Origin: a virus
IMG/VR virus record: IMGVR_UViG_3300027797_000001
Coordinates: 32,001 to 96,000 of that record
Length of the DNA: 64,000 bases
Reading direction: 5' to 3' (one strand)
This document shows, in pieces, positions 37,309 through 48,000 of the stretch (positions are counted from its first letter, which is position 1; each line of letters begins with the position of its first letter). The notes under the pieces are model-generated. The model was not told the DNA's origin. It ran no database searches and was given only the letters and a program-made list of their open reading frames with translations. Made by a program: the position numbers and the translations under genes.

Positions 37309-40300
37309 ATGGATATGGCAGAAAATGAAAATTTAGATGTAACTGGTAGAGCAGAATTTTTAAGAAAAGGAACAACAGAACTTAATGATTTTCTTCCATT
37401 TGGTGGAGAGCAAATAAATACTCAGAATAATTTATTTGCACAAAATCCTCAAAGACCGCCTATTCAAATTGAGAGTCCTAATAGTGATCCTCAAAAACCT
37501 ACTATACAAAAAGATTATATTCAGGACAATGGTCCTGGGATTATGCCATATAGTTCTAATCAACTTGCTAATACTTCACAGCAAAGAACACAAGCTAGAT
37601 TAAAAAAATTACAGAATGCTGCTTATAGTCTAGAAGATAATTCTCAGTACTCTAAACCATTTATGTATGACTCTACAGCAACAGGGGCACATAAAGCTAA
37701 GTATAAAGGATACGGACAAAGAACATATGATAGAATTGGTTTTAGCCCACTTGTAAACAATGAAGAAATCTTTATTAATAATACATCTATAGCAGATGAT
37801 TTCATAAGAACTGCTACAAACTCATTTTTCCCTATGGTTGGTCAGGGGTTAATTGCTAATCCTAAAAGTTATGCTCAATTGTTTCAAGGAAATATTGGAC
37901 AAGACTATGATCAATCTGAAGATTATGAAGAGTATTCTAATATAGGATACAGTAGTAGAGGTGGACCATTGGCTTTTATAAACAATGTCTTTAACTCACT
38001 TGGATATAGTGCCGGGGTAATGTTTGAAGCAGGTGCAGAGATGGCACTTGAAGGAGCTATAGAAGGTGCTATTGTTGGTAGTATTGAACCAGGAGCAGGA
38101 ACAGCTGCTGGTGGAGTTATAGGTGGAGCAATAGGTGGTGCAGTTGGAGTTGCTAGAGGATTGTTTGCTTTGCCAAAGTCTTTATTTAATATGGGGAAGT
38201 ATGGTGGTAAGATGTTATCTTCTTTAAAAAATGCTGAGAAATTTACAGAAGCTAAAAACTTATTCAATACTGCTGTAAAGTCTACAGCAAATTTTGTTAA
38301 TCCGGTAAATAATACACTTACTGCCTATAAAGAATATGATAATTTAACTGGATTAGCAAGAGCATCAAGAACAGCCGGGGGTTTCTTTAGAGATGTTATT
38401 GGTATGAATGCTGCCTTAAGTGAAGGTAGACTAGAAGGTGGGTTTGTAGAAAATAAAACTTATGAAAGATCCTATGATGAGTTTTGGAAAAAATTTAATA
38501 GAGCTCCTGATGATAAAGAACAACTTGAATTAAGAAAAAGATCTAAGATTGCTGGTTTTCAGGATACATGGAAAAATGGTATGCTTGTTTTTTATTCTAA
38601 TAAACTTGCGTTTCCAAATCTTTTTGGTAACAAGCTTTTTTCTAAAATGTCTAGAACAGTTGGTGAAATAGGAAATGAGTTTGATTTAGTTTATCAAGCT
38701 GGTAAGAAAGGTATTCAAGAAGGAAGTTATGAGTTAGTAGATTACAATATAAAAAATGCTCTTAAAGGTTTTATTAAACCAGCAAACTTCGGTAAGGCTT
38801 CATTAATGTATTTTAAGACTAACCTGGTAGAAGGTACACAAGAAGTTTTACAAGATGTGTTGGCAGATGCTACTGAAGAGTATTATGTAAATTCTTACTT
38901 TGATCCAACTAAAGCAAACTTTGATTATTCAATGTCCACATTGGGTAATGCTTTTGGACATCAAGTTTCTGAACAAGGTTTTGAAACCTTTATGTCTGGT
39001 TTTGTAATGGGTGCATTTTTAAAGCCAGTATCTGGTGTGCCAAGATTTGCTACTATCCAGTACAATAAAATGAAAATGACTCCAGAAGAGTATAAGACAT
39101 ATACTAATGATAGGAAAACATATGGTGAGCAGGTGAAGAATGCAATGAATAAGATGCATAAAAATCCTGTTGACTTTTTAAATGATAGAATGGTTAACTA
39201 TGGTAACCAAAGTATTATATCTAAAAAATTAGCAGATGATGAAACAGATGAGAAAGAAATGTGGGATGGTGTTAATGCATCTTTCTTATCAGATGTAATT
39301 ACTACATTAAGGGCTGGTACATTTAAAGTTTGGTTAAGTAATTTTGAAAAATATAACCAGATGAGTGATAAAGACTTAGAAGATACTCTAAGTCTTAAAG
39401 GAGGAGAAGGTCAAAAAATGCGGGAAACAATGTCAAACTATGTTTCTAAAGCTAAAAAAATACAAGCAAGATATGATGAAGGCCAAAATACTTTTGGCAA
39501 AAGAATGATTCCCCTTACTAATTTAAAAGAAGGTAGTCCTGAATATGAAAAAGCTCAGATATATAATAAAGCATTAGAAAGAGGTCTTTATAACTTAACC
39601 TTTTTAGGAGAGACCTTTGATTTAAATCTTGAAAGAATAAATGCAATGACTCAAAAACTTGGGTCATTGGATGCAATTAAAAACTTACCTGGTGCAGATT
39701 TTCAAACATTACTTGATCATGAAAGATTGACCAATAATATTAAAATACTTCAAACAGAAATTGAAACACTAAAACAAACTGGTGATCAAGCTGCAGTTAC
39801 ACAAGCAGAAAAGAAAGAAAGATTGTTAACTAAGTTACAGAAGTTTCAAGATACTCAAATTGATTATTTAACTCTTAAGAAAGCAACTGAATCTTTAGAA
39901 TTACTTAAACGTGAAGCAAAAGCTGCTGGTAAAAAAGCAAATATAGAAGATCTAGAAGTTGCTAAAGAGATTATTGATTATTATAAAAAGAATGGAAAGA
40001 ATCCTAAAAAAGATCATAAAAAAGCATTTGAAGAATTATTAAAAGATTTATCTGGCTCAGATGTCAACTTCATGAAAATGATGAGACAATTAAAAGCTAA
40101 TGATGGCATGAGAGATTTATTTACAAAGTTAACAGACATATACGACTTAACTTTAGAAAATAAAAACATAGTACCATATGTTACAACTCTTACAGATCCT
40201 GATGGTTTCTATGAGCATGTAAATAGAAACTTTGAGTGGATGAGAAATCTTTGGCTTAGTAGGCAAAACTATTACAAAGAAGTAATAGATAAGTCTATTA

Positions 40301-43300
40301 AGATGAAAGAAAATAATGATGCATTAAGAGAATTAGCTAATCTAAATATATATGTTGATCTTGATCAATTTGCAGATTGGACAGAAAATCCAAATGCATT
40401 ACCAGAATATTTTATTGATGCCAGTCAAGGGTCAGAAAGAATTATTCCAAAAGGTAGTGTGCTTTATGATAAGTATGTTAAAGTTCTTAATGATACAGCA
40501 AGAGCTCAAGAAACAAAAGCTGCTGGAGATCCAGTAGATATTAATGGTCAGCTTGATGAGGCTATAGAAGATTTAATGAATAAAAAATCTGTAGAAATTG
40601 ATGAAGCAGATAAACAATTCAAAGAAGCAATTAAGGTTGAGACTACATTTACATATGACGAACTCTTACAACAAGAAGAAGACTTAAGAAAATCACAAGA
40701 GGCTGTAGTACTTACTGAAACACAAAAGAAAGTAATTGATGCTGATATAAGTAAACTGTTTGAAAATATGCCAGCAGATGATCCTGCTGCTATATTACAA
40801 CAACTTAGAAATTTTGTTAATAGAGGTGTTATTCCTGAAGAGTTTTTAAATGATGATAAAATAGTTGAGTTTAGAGATGAGTTCTTAGTTAGTCCTTCTG
40901 ATGACAACATGCTTGGATTATCAGAGAAAAGAATGAAAGAAATCAAAGCTGAAGCTATTGAGTTATATAGATCTTTTCCAGAAACCTATGATGATACACA
41001 AAGAAGAGATGCAGCTGGTAGATACATGGCAGTTTTTGAATTAATAAACAACTACTTAAATTCTACAGAAGTAATTAGTTCGAAAGAAAAACAAGAGAAA
41101 GCTAAAGAAAAAGTAGATAGCAATATCATTAATACTACTCAAGCATATGCAGATTATCAAATTACACTTAAAGATATAGATGAGAGATATGCTGGATTAT
41201 TGCAAGAGTTAAAAGATCTCTTTATTAAAAGAGGTGCATCAACTACACCTACAGAAAAAGAAATATCTACAAAATCATCATGGGCTGATATACAAAAATC
41301 TGCACCAGCGTTATACAAAACTTTGTTAGAGCAATTTAATAAAGAAGTTGTTGAAGGTATGGGTATTAATGAATCTGATGAAAACTTTGAAGGAGTTAAG
41401 AATAACTGGTTAGAACAACAAGGTGAAACAATCAACAGATATAATGTTGAAAAAGAATCTGAAAAAATTATTAAACAACAAGAGGCTAAACAATTTAAAG
41501 TACCGACATTAAAGTATTTTAAATTACCAGCACGTATTGCAAATATAACTCCTTCATCAAGGATTAAACCATATCAAGATGTTATTTCTGCATTGAAGTT
41601 AATGTTACAAACAAAAATTGCTGTTGATTTAAAAACACAAAAACAAATAAAGCTAACAAATGAAGATTTAACAAATATTAAAAGTGATATTGTAGAATTA
41701 GAAAGATTAGTAAACTGGTTAAGTGAAAATGGAGTTGTAGAAAATGAAACTTTATTTGATGTTACGGATAATATCTTTACTGAAAAAGTAAAAAATAGAG
41801 CTGGTGAAATAGAAGAAGTAAGGGATGAGAATGGTGTACTAATTGAAAGAAGAATAGATGGTGCTCCTGCAAGAAGGGTAACTAAAGAAGCTGAGAAATT
41901 AGATATAGAAAGTACACCTGGAAAAGAAAGTTTTGTTTATGAACCTTTAAAAACAAAAACAAAGACTAAATATGATGCAGAAGGTAATGTTACTGAAGTA
42001 TATGATGTACCATCACCAATCATGTCTGCATATGATGCTATTATAGAAAGTGATGACATTGCTGATAACAAAAAGTTAGATGCTTTCTTAAAGTCATTTA
42101 CTCAATGGGTGATGGCATCCGGTCTAGTATTTAAAGATAAGACAGGTAAAAAAATAAACAAAGAGAAATATGATCTATTAAAAGAATCTTTAGAACAAGA
42201 TTTCTCTAGAGAGAATGTTTACAATACTGTTGGAAGTCTAGCATTTAAACACTCATCAGATGCTGGTAATATAATTGATGATTTAATAAAAGATTTTTTA
42301 ACTAGAGAAGGTACATCATTTAAAGAAATAACCAAACCTGAAAAAATGTCTAAAAAAGCATTTGATAATTTGTTTGGTAAGAATGGTGTAATTAGAAAAT
42401 TTAGAGATGGTATAATTGATGGTGATTATATTATTGTTGGTGCTGGAGATTTAGTATTTGATAAAACTCTTTTTGAAAATGGTATAGTAGGTGAGACAGA
42501 TTTAGTAGCTATAAATACTAGAGGTGAGTTACAAATTATTGATATTAAAGCTCTTGGTTCTGGAAGTTGGGCTATATTTAATTCTGATTTGGAATTAAAT
42601 AAAAAAATTAACGCTCTTAAAAAACAGGGGTTAACAGATCAAGAAATTGAAAAAGATTCTGATGTTGCTCTAATAAAACGAAACTTATTAAAAAGTAAAA
42701 AGCAATATTATAGAATTCAACAATCTATTTATAGAAACTTAATCTGGAGAATGACGGGGATTAAACCTACAAGAATTGGTTTAATGGCCTTAGAGGTAGA
42801 TGTAGATACTGAAGGCAATATTAATAATGCAAACATTTCAAATATAGTTCCTAAAGGAGAAAGCACACTTGAACTAGAATACTTCCCTGGTGTTGAATCA
42901 ATTGTTCCAGAACCTGAAGTTACAAGTCAACCTACAAAAGGTCTTGTTTCTGAAATAACAGAAGAAGAATTTAATGATTTTGTTAACAACGGTGTTGTTT
43001 CAGAAGATAGACTTAATTCTATTGCTAATAAGATTAAAAATAATCAATCATTAACAACTCAAGAAACTGCAATATTCAATGATAAAACTTCTGAAGTAAA
43101 TGCAAAAATTCAAGAAATATTTACTTTAGAAGATAATCCAGAAAGATCTAACGTTGTAGCTGATAATGTAAATCAACAAATCATTTATAATGGTAGGGTT
43201 GGAACACTTAGACTTGTAGGTAATGTTTACACTATATTTTATAGTGATGGCACTGGTGGACAGTTATTATATAAGCAAAATGCATTAACTGATGGAAGTG

Positions 43301-45024
43301 TAAAACTAGATGAGATAGGTGCTATTCTTCCAACAATAATTACAAATGTTGGACAAGTTAAAATTATTAATGGTAAAAAAATAGATGCTGAAATAATCAG
43401 TGAGTCTAGAGTTAGGATTAATCGTGTATTCTATAGAATAAACAAAAACAAACTTGGTGCAGTATCTTCTATGTCATATCAATCTAATGATGCAGAAATA
43501 AATGAACTAGAAGACGAGATCAAAATTTATAAATCTGAAATACAAAGATTACAAAAGGAGAATGCTCAATTGTTATCTAAAACAAAATCAGATAGTTACA
43601 AAAGTCAAATTGCAAAGTTAACTACGCAAATAGAAACTGCGCAAGAAGAAGCTAAAGTAACAGAGTCTCTTTCTGAAAGAGCTAGATTAGAAAGTGAATT
43701 ATATGATTTAAATAATCAACAGAATTCAAACATCAGAACCATTGCTGATTATAACACAGAAATTGAATTAGTAAATAGTAGGATAGAAGATCTTAAACAA
43801 TCTAATGAATCTGTTAAAATTACCAGTGGTAATTTAAATGATCTTATTGCCGCATTAAATCTTCTACCCGGAAGCTTTAAGTTCTATGCAGGTAAGACAG
43901 CTCAAGATCAGAAAAAAGATTTAGCTTCTATACAGGGTAAATCAGTTACCCCAAATCTTAGTCAAAAGATAACTGAGATTATGGAGAAAGATTTCCCTAA
44001 TGCATATAATAAACTTATTGACTCTGGTGTAACTGCAATATCATCTGAAGAACTTAATACTATAAAAGATTGGACAAATAAAACAATTGAAGAGTTATCT
44101 GCTTTAGGTACTGCAGAAGCAATTGCTAATAATCTTACTGATGAATTAGATAATCAGATCAATGTTTTACAAGGAATGTTAAATGACTTAGAATTAATTA
44201 AATTAAATAAAGATGGAAGCATCAGTAAAAAACCGCAAACAGCAGCAAGCAAAGTCTTTGGACCTAAAAAAATATCAGACGGGACTGGTATATCTTCGCC
44301 TGTCAAGCCTACCAGTGAACAAACAGAAGGAATTTCTGTCGGAGAAGGAACAAAACCAAGACAAGGAACAGTAGATGAAGCTAAAAAATCTTTAGAGGAA
44401 TCATTAGCTATATCTGCTAGTTTATCAGGAATCAATGTATCAATGCAAATTAAGTCAACTAAGCAAGCTGACAAGTTAATTGATAAAATGAGAAATGCTA
44501 ATACAGAACAAGAGCTTAATGATGCATACTTTGAAGCATTAAATTATCTAAGTAATAATCCTGGAAAAATTGATCCAAACATTATTGCTAATACATTTAC
44601 TGCAGTAACAGAAGAGAAAAACTTTAATGATGAGAATCCAACTCCTACTTACGAATCTATTAAGAAAGGAACATATTTGATGCCTAAAACACCTATGTTT
44701 AAAAATGAAAATCCAAGTCCGGTAGAAATTGTTAGAAAAGGACCTAAAGCTATTGTTATAAAAGACATTAATACTAATGAGTCTATGAATATAAAACCAG
44801 AAGATTTGTCTAAATTTGTAACTATGACAGAAGAAGGATTAAAGCAATTGGGTGGAGTGGAACTTACTCAAGAAGACATTAGAGAAATAGAAGAAAATGC
44901 ACAAGTAATTGCAGATACTCTTGAGAATACAGCTGAGTTAAACAAAGCTGCAGATGAAGTTAAAAATGCTGAGACAAAGGGTAGCTTCAGAGATAGATTG
45001 AAAAATAAAAATTGTAATATTTAG
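37309..45024 (+). CDS. giant virion cargo protein 1: Gly-zipper membrane segment, coiled coils, PD-(D/E)XK nuclease-like domain
   Basis: 2571 aa. GAIEGAIVG...GGVIGGAIGGAVG at ~38041-38170; GETDLV...IIDIKA...YRIQQSIY at ~42490-42732. Confidence 0.7.
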   Translation: MDMAENENLDVTGRAEFLRKGTTELNDFLPFGGEQINTQNNLFAQNPQRPPIQIESPNSDPQKPTIQKDYIQDNGPGIMPYSSNQLANTSQQRTQARLKKLQNAAYSLEDNSQYSKPFMYDSTATGAHKAKYKGYGQRTYDRIGFSPLVNNEEIFINNTSIADDFIRTATNSFFPMVGQGLIANPKSYAQLFQGNIGQDYDQSEDYEEYSNIGYSSRGGPLAFINNVFNSLGYSAGVMFEAGAEMALEGAIEGAIVGSIEPGAGTAAGGVIGGAIGGAVGVARGLFALPKSLFNMGKYGGKMLSSLKNAEKFTEAKNLFNTAVKSTANFVNPVNNTLTAYKEYDNLTGLARASRTAGGFFRDVIGMNAALSEGRLEGGFVENKTYERSYDEFWKKFNRAPDDKEQLELRKRSKIAGFQDTWKNGMLVFYSNKLAFPNLFGNKLFSKMSRTVGEIGNEFDLVYQAGKKGIQEGSYELVDYNIKNALKGFIKPANFGKASLMYFKTNLVEGTQEVLQDVLADATEEYYVNSYFDPTKANFDYSMSTLGNAFGHQVSEQGFETFMSGFVMGAFLKPVSGVPRFATIQYNKMKMTPEEYKTYTNDRKTYGEQVKNAMNKMHKNPVDFLNDRMVNYGNQSIISKKLADDETDEKEMWDGVNASFLSDVITTLRAGTFKVWLSNFEKYNQMSDKDLEDTLSLKGGEGQKMRETMSNYVSKAKKIQARYDEGQNTFGKRMIPLTNLKEGSPEYEKAQIYNKALERGLYNLTFLGETFDLNLERINAMTQKLGSLDAIKNLPGADFQTLLDHERLTNNIKILQTEIETLKQTGDQAAVTQAEKKERLLTKLQKFQDTQIDYLTLKKATESLELLKREAKAAGKKANIEDLEVAKEIIDYYKKNGKNPKKDHKKAFEELLKDLSGSDVNFMKMMRQLKANDGMRDLFTKLTDIYDLTLENKNIVPYVTTLTDPDGFYEHVNRNFEWMRNLWLSRQNYYKEVIDKSIKMKENNDALRELANLNIYVDLDQFADWTENPNALPEYFIDASQGSERIIPKGSVLYDKYVKVLNDTARAQETKAAGDPVDINGQLDEAIEDLMNKKSVEIDEADKQFKEAIKVETTFTYDELLQQEEDLRKSQEAVVLTETQKKVIDADISKLFENMPADDPAAILQQLRNFVNRGVIPEEFLNDDKIVEFRDEFLVSPSDDNMLGLSEKRMKEIKAEAIELYRSFPETYDDTQRRDAAGRYMAVFELINNYLNSTEVISSKEKQEKAKEKVDSNIINTTQAYADYQITLKDIDERYAGLLQELKDLFIKRGASTTPTEKEISTKSSWADIQKSAPALYKTLLEQFNKEVVEGMGINESDENFEGVKNNWLEQQGETINRYNVEKESEKIIKQQEAKQFKVPTLKYFKLPARIANITPSSRIKPYQDVISALKLMLQTKIAVDLKTQKQIKLTNEDLTNIKSDIVELERLVNWLSENGVVENETLFDVTDNIFTEKVKNRAGEIEEVRDENGVLIERRIDGAPARRVTKEAEKLDIESTPGKESFVYEPLKTKTKTKYDAEGNVTEVYDVPSPIMSAYDAIIESDDIADNKKLDAFLKSFTQWVMASGLVFKDKTGKKINKEKYDLLKESLEQDFSRENVYNTVGSLAFKHSSDAGNIIDDLIKDFLTREGTSFKEITKPEKMSKKAFDNLFGKNGVIRKFRDGIIDGDYIIVGAGDLVFDKTLFENGIVGETDLVAINTRGELQIIDIKALGSGSWAIFNSDLELNKKINALKKQGLTDQEIEKDSDVALIKRNLLKSKKQYYRIQQSIYRNLIWRMTGIKPTRIGLMALEVDVDTEGNINNANISNIVPKGESTLELEYFPGVESIVPEPEVTSQPTKGLVSEITEEEFNDFVNNGVVSEDRLNSIANKIKNNQSLTTQETAIFNDKTSEVNAKIQEIFTLEDNPERSNVVADNVNQQIIYNGRVGTLRLVGNVYTIFYSDGTGGQLLYKQNALTDGSVKLDEIGAILPTIITNVGQVKIINGKKIDAEIISESRVRINRVFYRINKNKLGAVSSMSYQSNDAEINELEDEIKIYKSEIQRLQKENAQLLSKTKSDSYKSQIAKLTTQIETAQEEAKVTESLSERARLESELYDLNNQQNSNIRTIADYNTEIELVNSRIEDLKQSNESVKITSGNLNDLIAALNLLPGSFKFYAGKTAQDQKKDLASIQGKSVTPNLSQKITEIMEKDFPNAYNKLIDSGVTAISSEELNTIKDWTNKTIEELSALGTAEAIANNLTDELDNQINVLQGMLNDLELIKLNKDGSISKKPQTAASKVFGPKKISDGTGISSPVKPTSEQTEGISVGEGTKPRQGTVDEAKKSLEESLAISASLSGINVSMQIKSTKQADKLIDKMRNANTEQELNDAYFEALNYLSNNPGKIDPNIIANTFTAVTEEKNFNDENPTPTYESIKKGTYLMPKTPMFKNENPSPVEIVRKGPKAIVIKDINTNESMNIKPEDLSKFVTMTEEGLKQLGGVELTQEDIREIEENAQVIADTLENTAELNKAADEVKNAETKGSFRDRLKNKNCNI

Positions 45025-45027
45025 GAA

Positions 45028-48000
45028 ATGGCTTGTTTATTAAATGAGAAAGATGTACTAGACATCTATAGTGATATATATGAGAATTTTTTAGAAGTAC
45101 TTGATTCTAAATCTAAGACACCATTTAGTCCTATAGATTATATTAAGACAATGCATTCTGACATTGCAGAGAATAATGATCCAAAGTTTGCATTAGAAGT
45201 AGTTCAGGCAATCCCACAAATCATGTTGCAAGTAATTGCAACTAGAGGAGATGTTAGAAAATATATTGCTCTTAATAATATTGATACTAATTCTTTAATT
45301 AAGTTATCTGTAGACTTTGAGAAAATTGAAAATGTAAAAAAGTTTATAGCAGGTAAGATGCCATCTTTGTCTGATGTTAAATCTAAGATAGCTACAAAGA
45401 ATAAATCTGATAAAGAAGTTAAATTAAAAAATCCAGAAGATACATCTGAAAATAGTGATAATAAAGTATCTAATACAAAAATAGAAGATCCTTTAACATC
45501 TACATTTCAATATGCAAAAGCAGTTAATCCTGACACAGCTACAGAAGAAGAGTTAGAGCAAAGAGATCCTGAAAAAAATACCACACACTCTGTAGTAAAA
45601 CAAATCATTGGTCTATTTGATAATAGACCTGCAAATAGTGATGAAGTTATCTATCAAGGTACATCAGTTGCTTTAAGACCTATGATGCTTAACATGGTTC
45701 CTAAAGAACAATTGTTTAGTGATGATGCAAAATTTTTAGAAGAAAATCCAGAATATAATGGGATAGTAGTTATTATCTCAGATGTTGATGGTAATATTTT
45801 AAACTTTGATGAAGATGGTAACTTAGTTGATGATGGTAAAATTGCATATCAGTATTTAAGAGATTTAGAATTAAAAAATTCAAAGATCTCTTTAATGAAT
45901 AGATCAGGATATAAGTATGAACTAGTAAGTGCAGAACAAACTTTAAAAGCTGAAGACAAAAAAGAAAAAGAAAGGAATGGTCTTGGAATGTCTCAGAAAC
46001 AAAAAGAAAATAGACTCATAGAAATTGAAAATGAGCAAAAACAAAAAATGAATGATCTATATAGAATCAGACAGTTTGTTATGCGTAATCCAGAAGAGGT
46101 ATTTACTTTAAAGATTATAGGTGGCTCATATGGTAATTTTAAAAATAAGTTTATACCACTTTCAGAAACTGGATTAAATTTAAATGAGATTACATTACCT
46201 ATTGCTGCAGGTCCGCAAAAAGGTTATATAAAGGTTAGAATTAAAACTAAAGGTGCTGGTGGTTACATAGATCACTATGTCTTATTACAAAGAGGGGATG
46301 TAACTTCAGAGATAGCAGATAAGATAGCTACAATATTAACTACTGATGCTGTATATAGAGGAAAACCATTATCAGATCTTGCTAAATATACATATGCAAA
46401 TGTATTTTTAGATAATGCTATTGAAAAAAATAACATTAGAATAGATCTAAAAAAAGTTAATGGATTTAATGAATTACAAGTTTCTATCAAAGGAGAGAAG
46501 GTTGATTTAGATTCACCAACAGCTTTTGATGAAATTAAAAATCATTTACTTAAAGCGGTAGAACTAGGGAGTAAAACATATCCTGCTAATTTAAATTACA
46601 ATAAAGATTTAATTGGAGGATCTTTTACTGATTATATAATTAAAGATGGAAAAGTAAGCACTAGAAAACAAGATTACTTTGAGTTTATTAAACCTTATAT
46701 GAAAATTGAGTTTAGTAAATTATCTGGAGGCTTCTTTATGAATAGTAATTCATATCTACAATTTGCGGTTCCAGAAGAAATTTTACCACCTAGTAAAAGA
46801 AATTATAGTTTAGCATCAACTACATCTACAACAAATAAAGTAAAAGAAGTAGAAACACAAGATGTTGAAGATGAAGAAAGTGTAGATGTAGAACCAGGTG
46901 AGGTAGTATACAATCTTAAAAAACAAGTTGGGTACGCACTTGCTACAGAGAATGCACAGAATACTGATGTAACATTAAACATTGCTGTTAATTTTGAACA
47001 GGGAGAAGCTAAGATTGCAAAGAGAAGTGCAAAGAATCATGTTCCAGTTACACTTAATAAAAAAAGATCTACACAAAAAAGCTTTGGTAATTTAACTACC
47101 ATAGCTGGAAATGTAATTAAACAACTAAATAGATTCAAGTCAGATACATTAAATGTAGCAGGTAATGATATTGTTACATCTATATTTAATGGTTATACAC
47201 AACAAGATCTTGATCAGTTTATGAATCAGTTATTTGAAAGAATAGTTAATTCAGATAGCTTAATTACTCCAATTAAAAAGATTGTAACTACTGGTGAATC
47301 AGGAGTTCCTGAATCAGCAATTAAGGCAGCTAAGAAAAATGGAATTGGTGTTGAAATTACTGTACCTACAGGATGGACTTTCTTTGTCTATAGAAAAAAT
47401 AGTGCAAATAAAAAATACAAAATATCAAACCTTGAAGAATTTAAGGCAAGATTTGGGGATGCTAAAGTAAAGACAACAGCTAAAAGAAAAACTAGTAGTA
47501 CTATTAATAAAACTAAAAGTAAATTTACTAAGGCTAAAACAACTAGTAGAAAGACAACTCCTAAGAAGACTACTAAACAAGCAAATAAGAAAGTAGATAC
47601 TCAATTAAATAAATCTGCAATAAGCACACAGTTTAGTTTATTATCTAGACTTGGTGAAAGAAGAGAGTTATTTAAAGGAGACAATGACGAACTTAATAGA
47701 TTAGATACTTTAGAAAGAAAAGTGGGTAATTTCTTTGAGAGATTATTTACTACTAAAGCTCAGAGAGATTCTATTTATAAGTGGTGGGAAACTCATCCAA
47801 TGTCTAAGCATGTTCCTTTAGATATTATAACCGGGATTGTTAATTCTGATGCTTTTGCAACTTGGAGCCAACATGGTATTACTTTGCACTTAGCAAATAA
47901 TGCTACCCCTATTGACTTATGGCATGAGGCATGGCATGGATTTACTCAGTTATACTTAACTCCTGAAGAAAAAACTAAACTCTATGATGAGATTAGAAAA

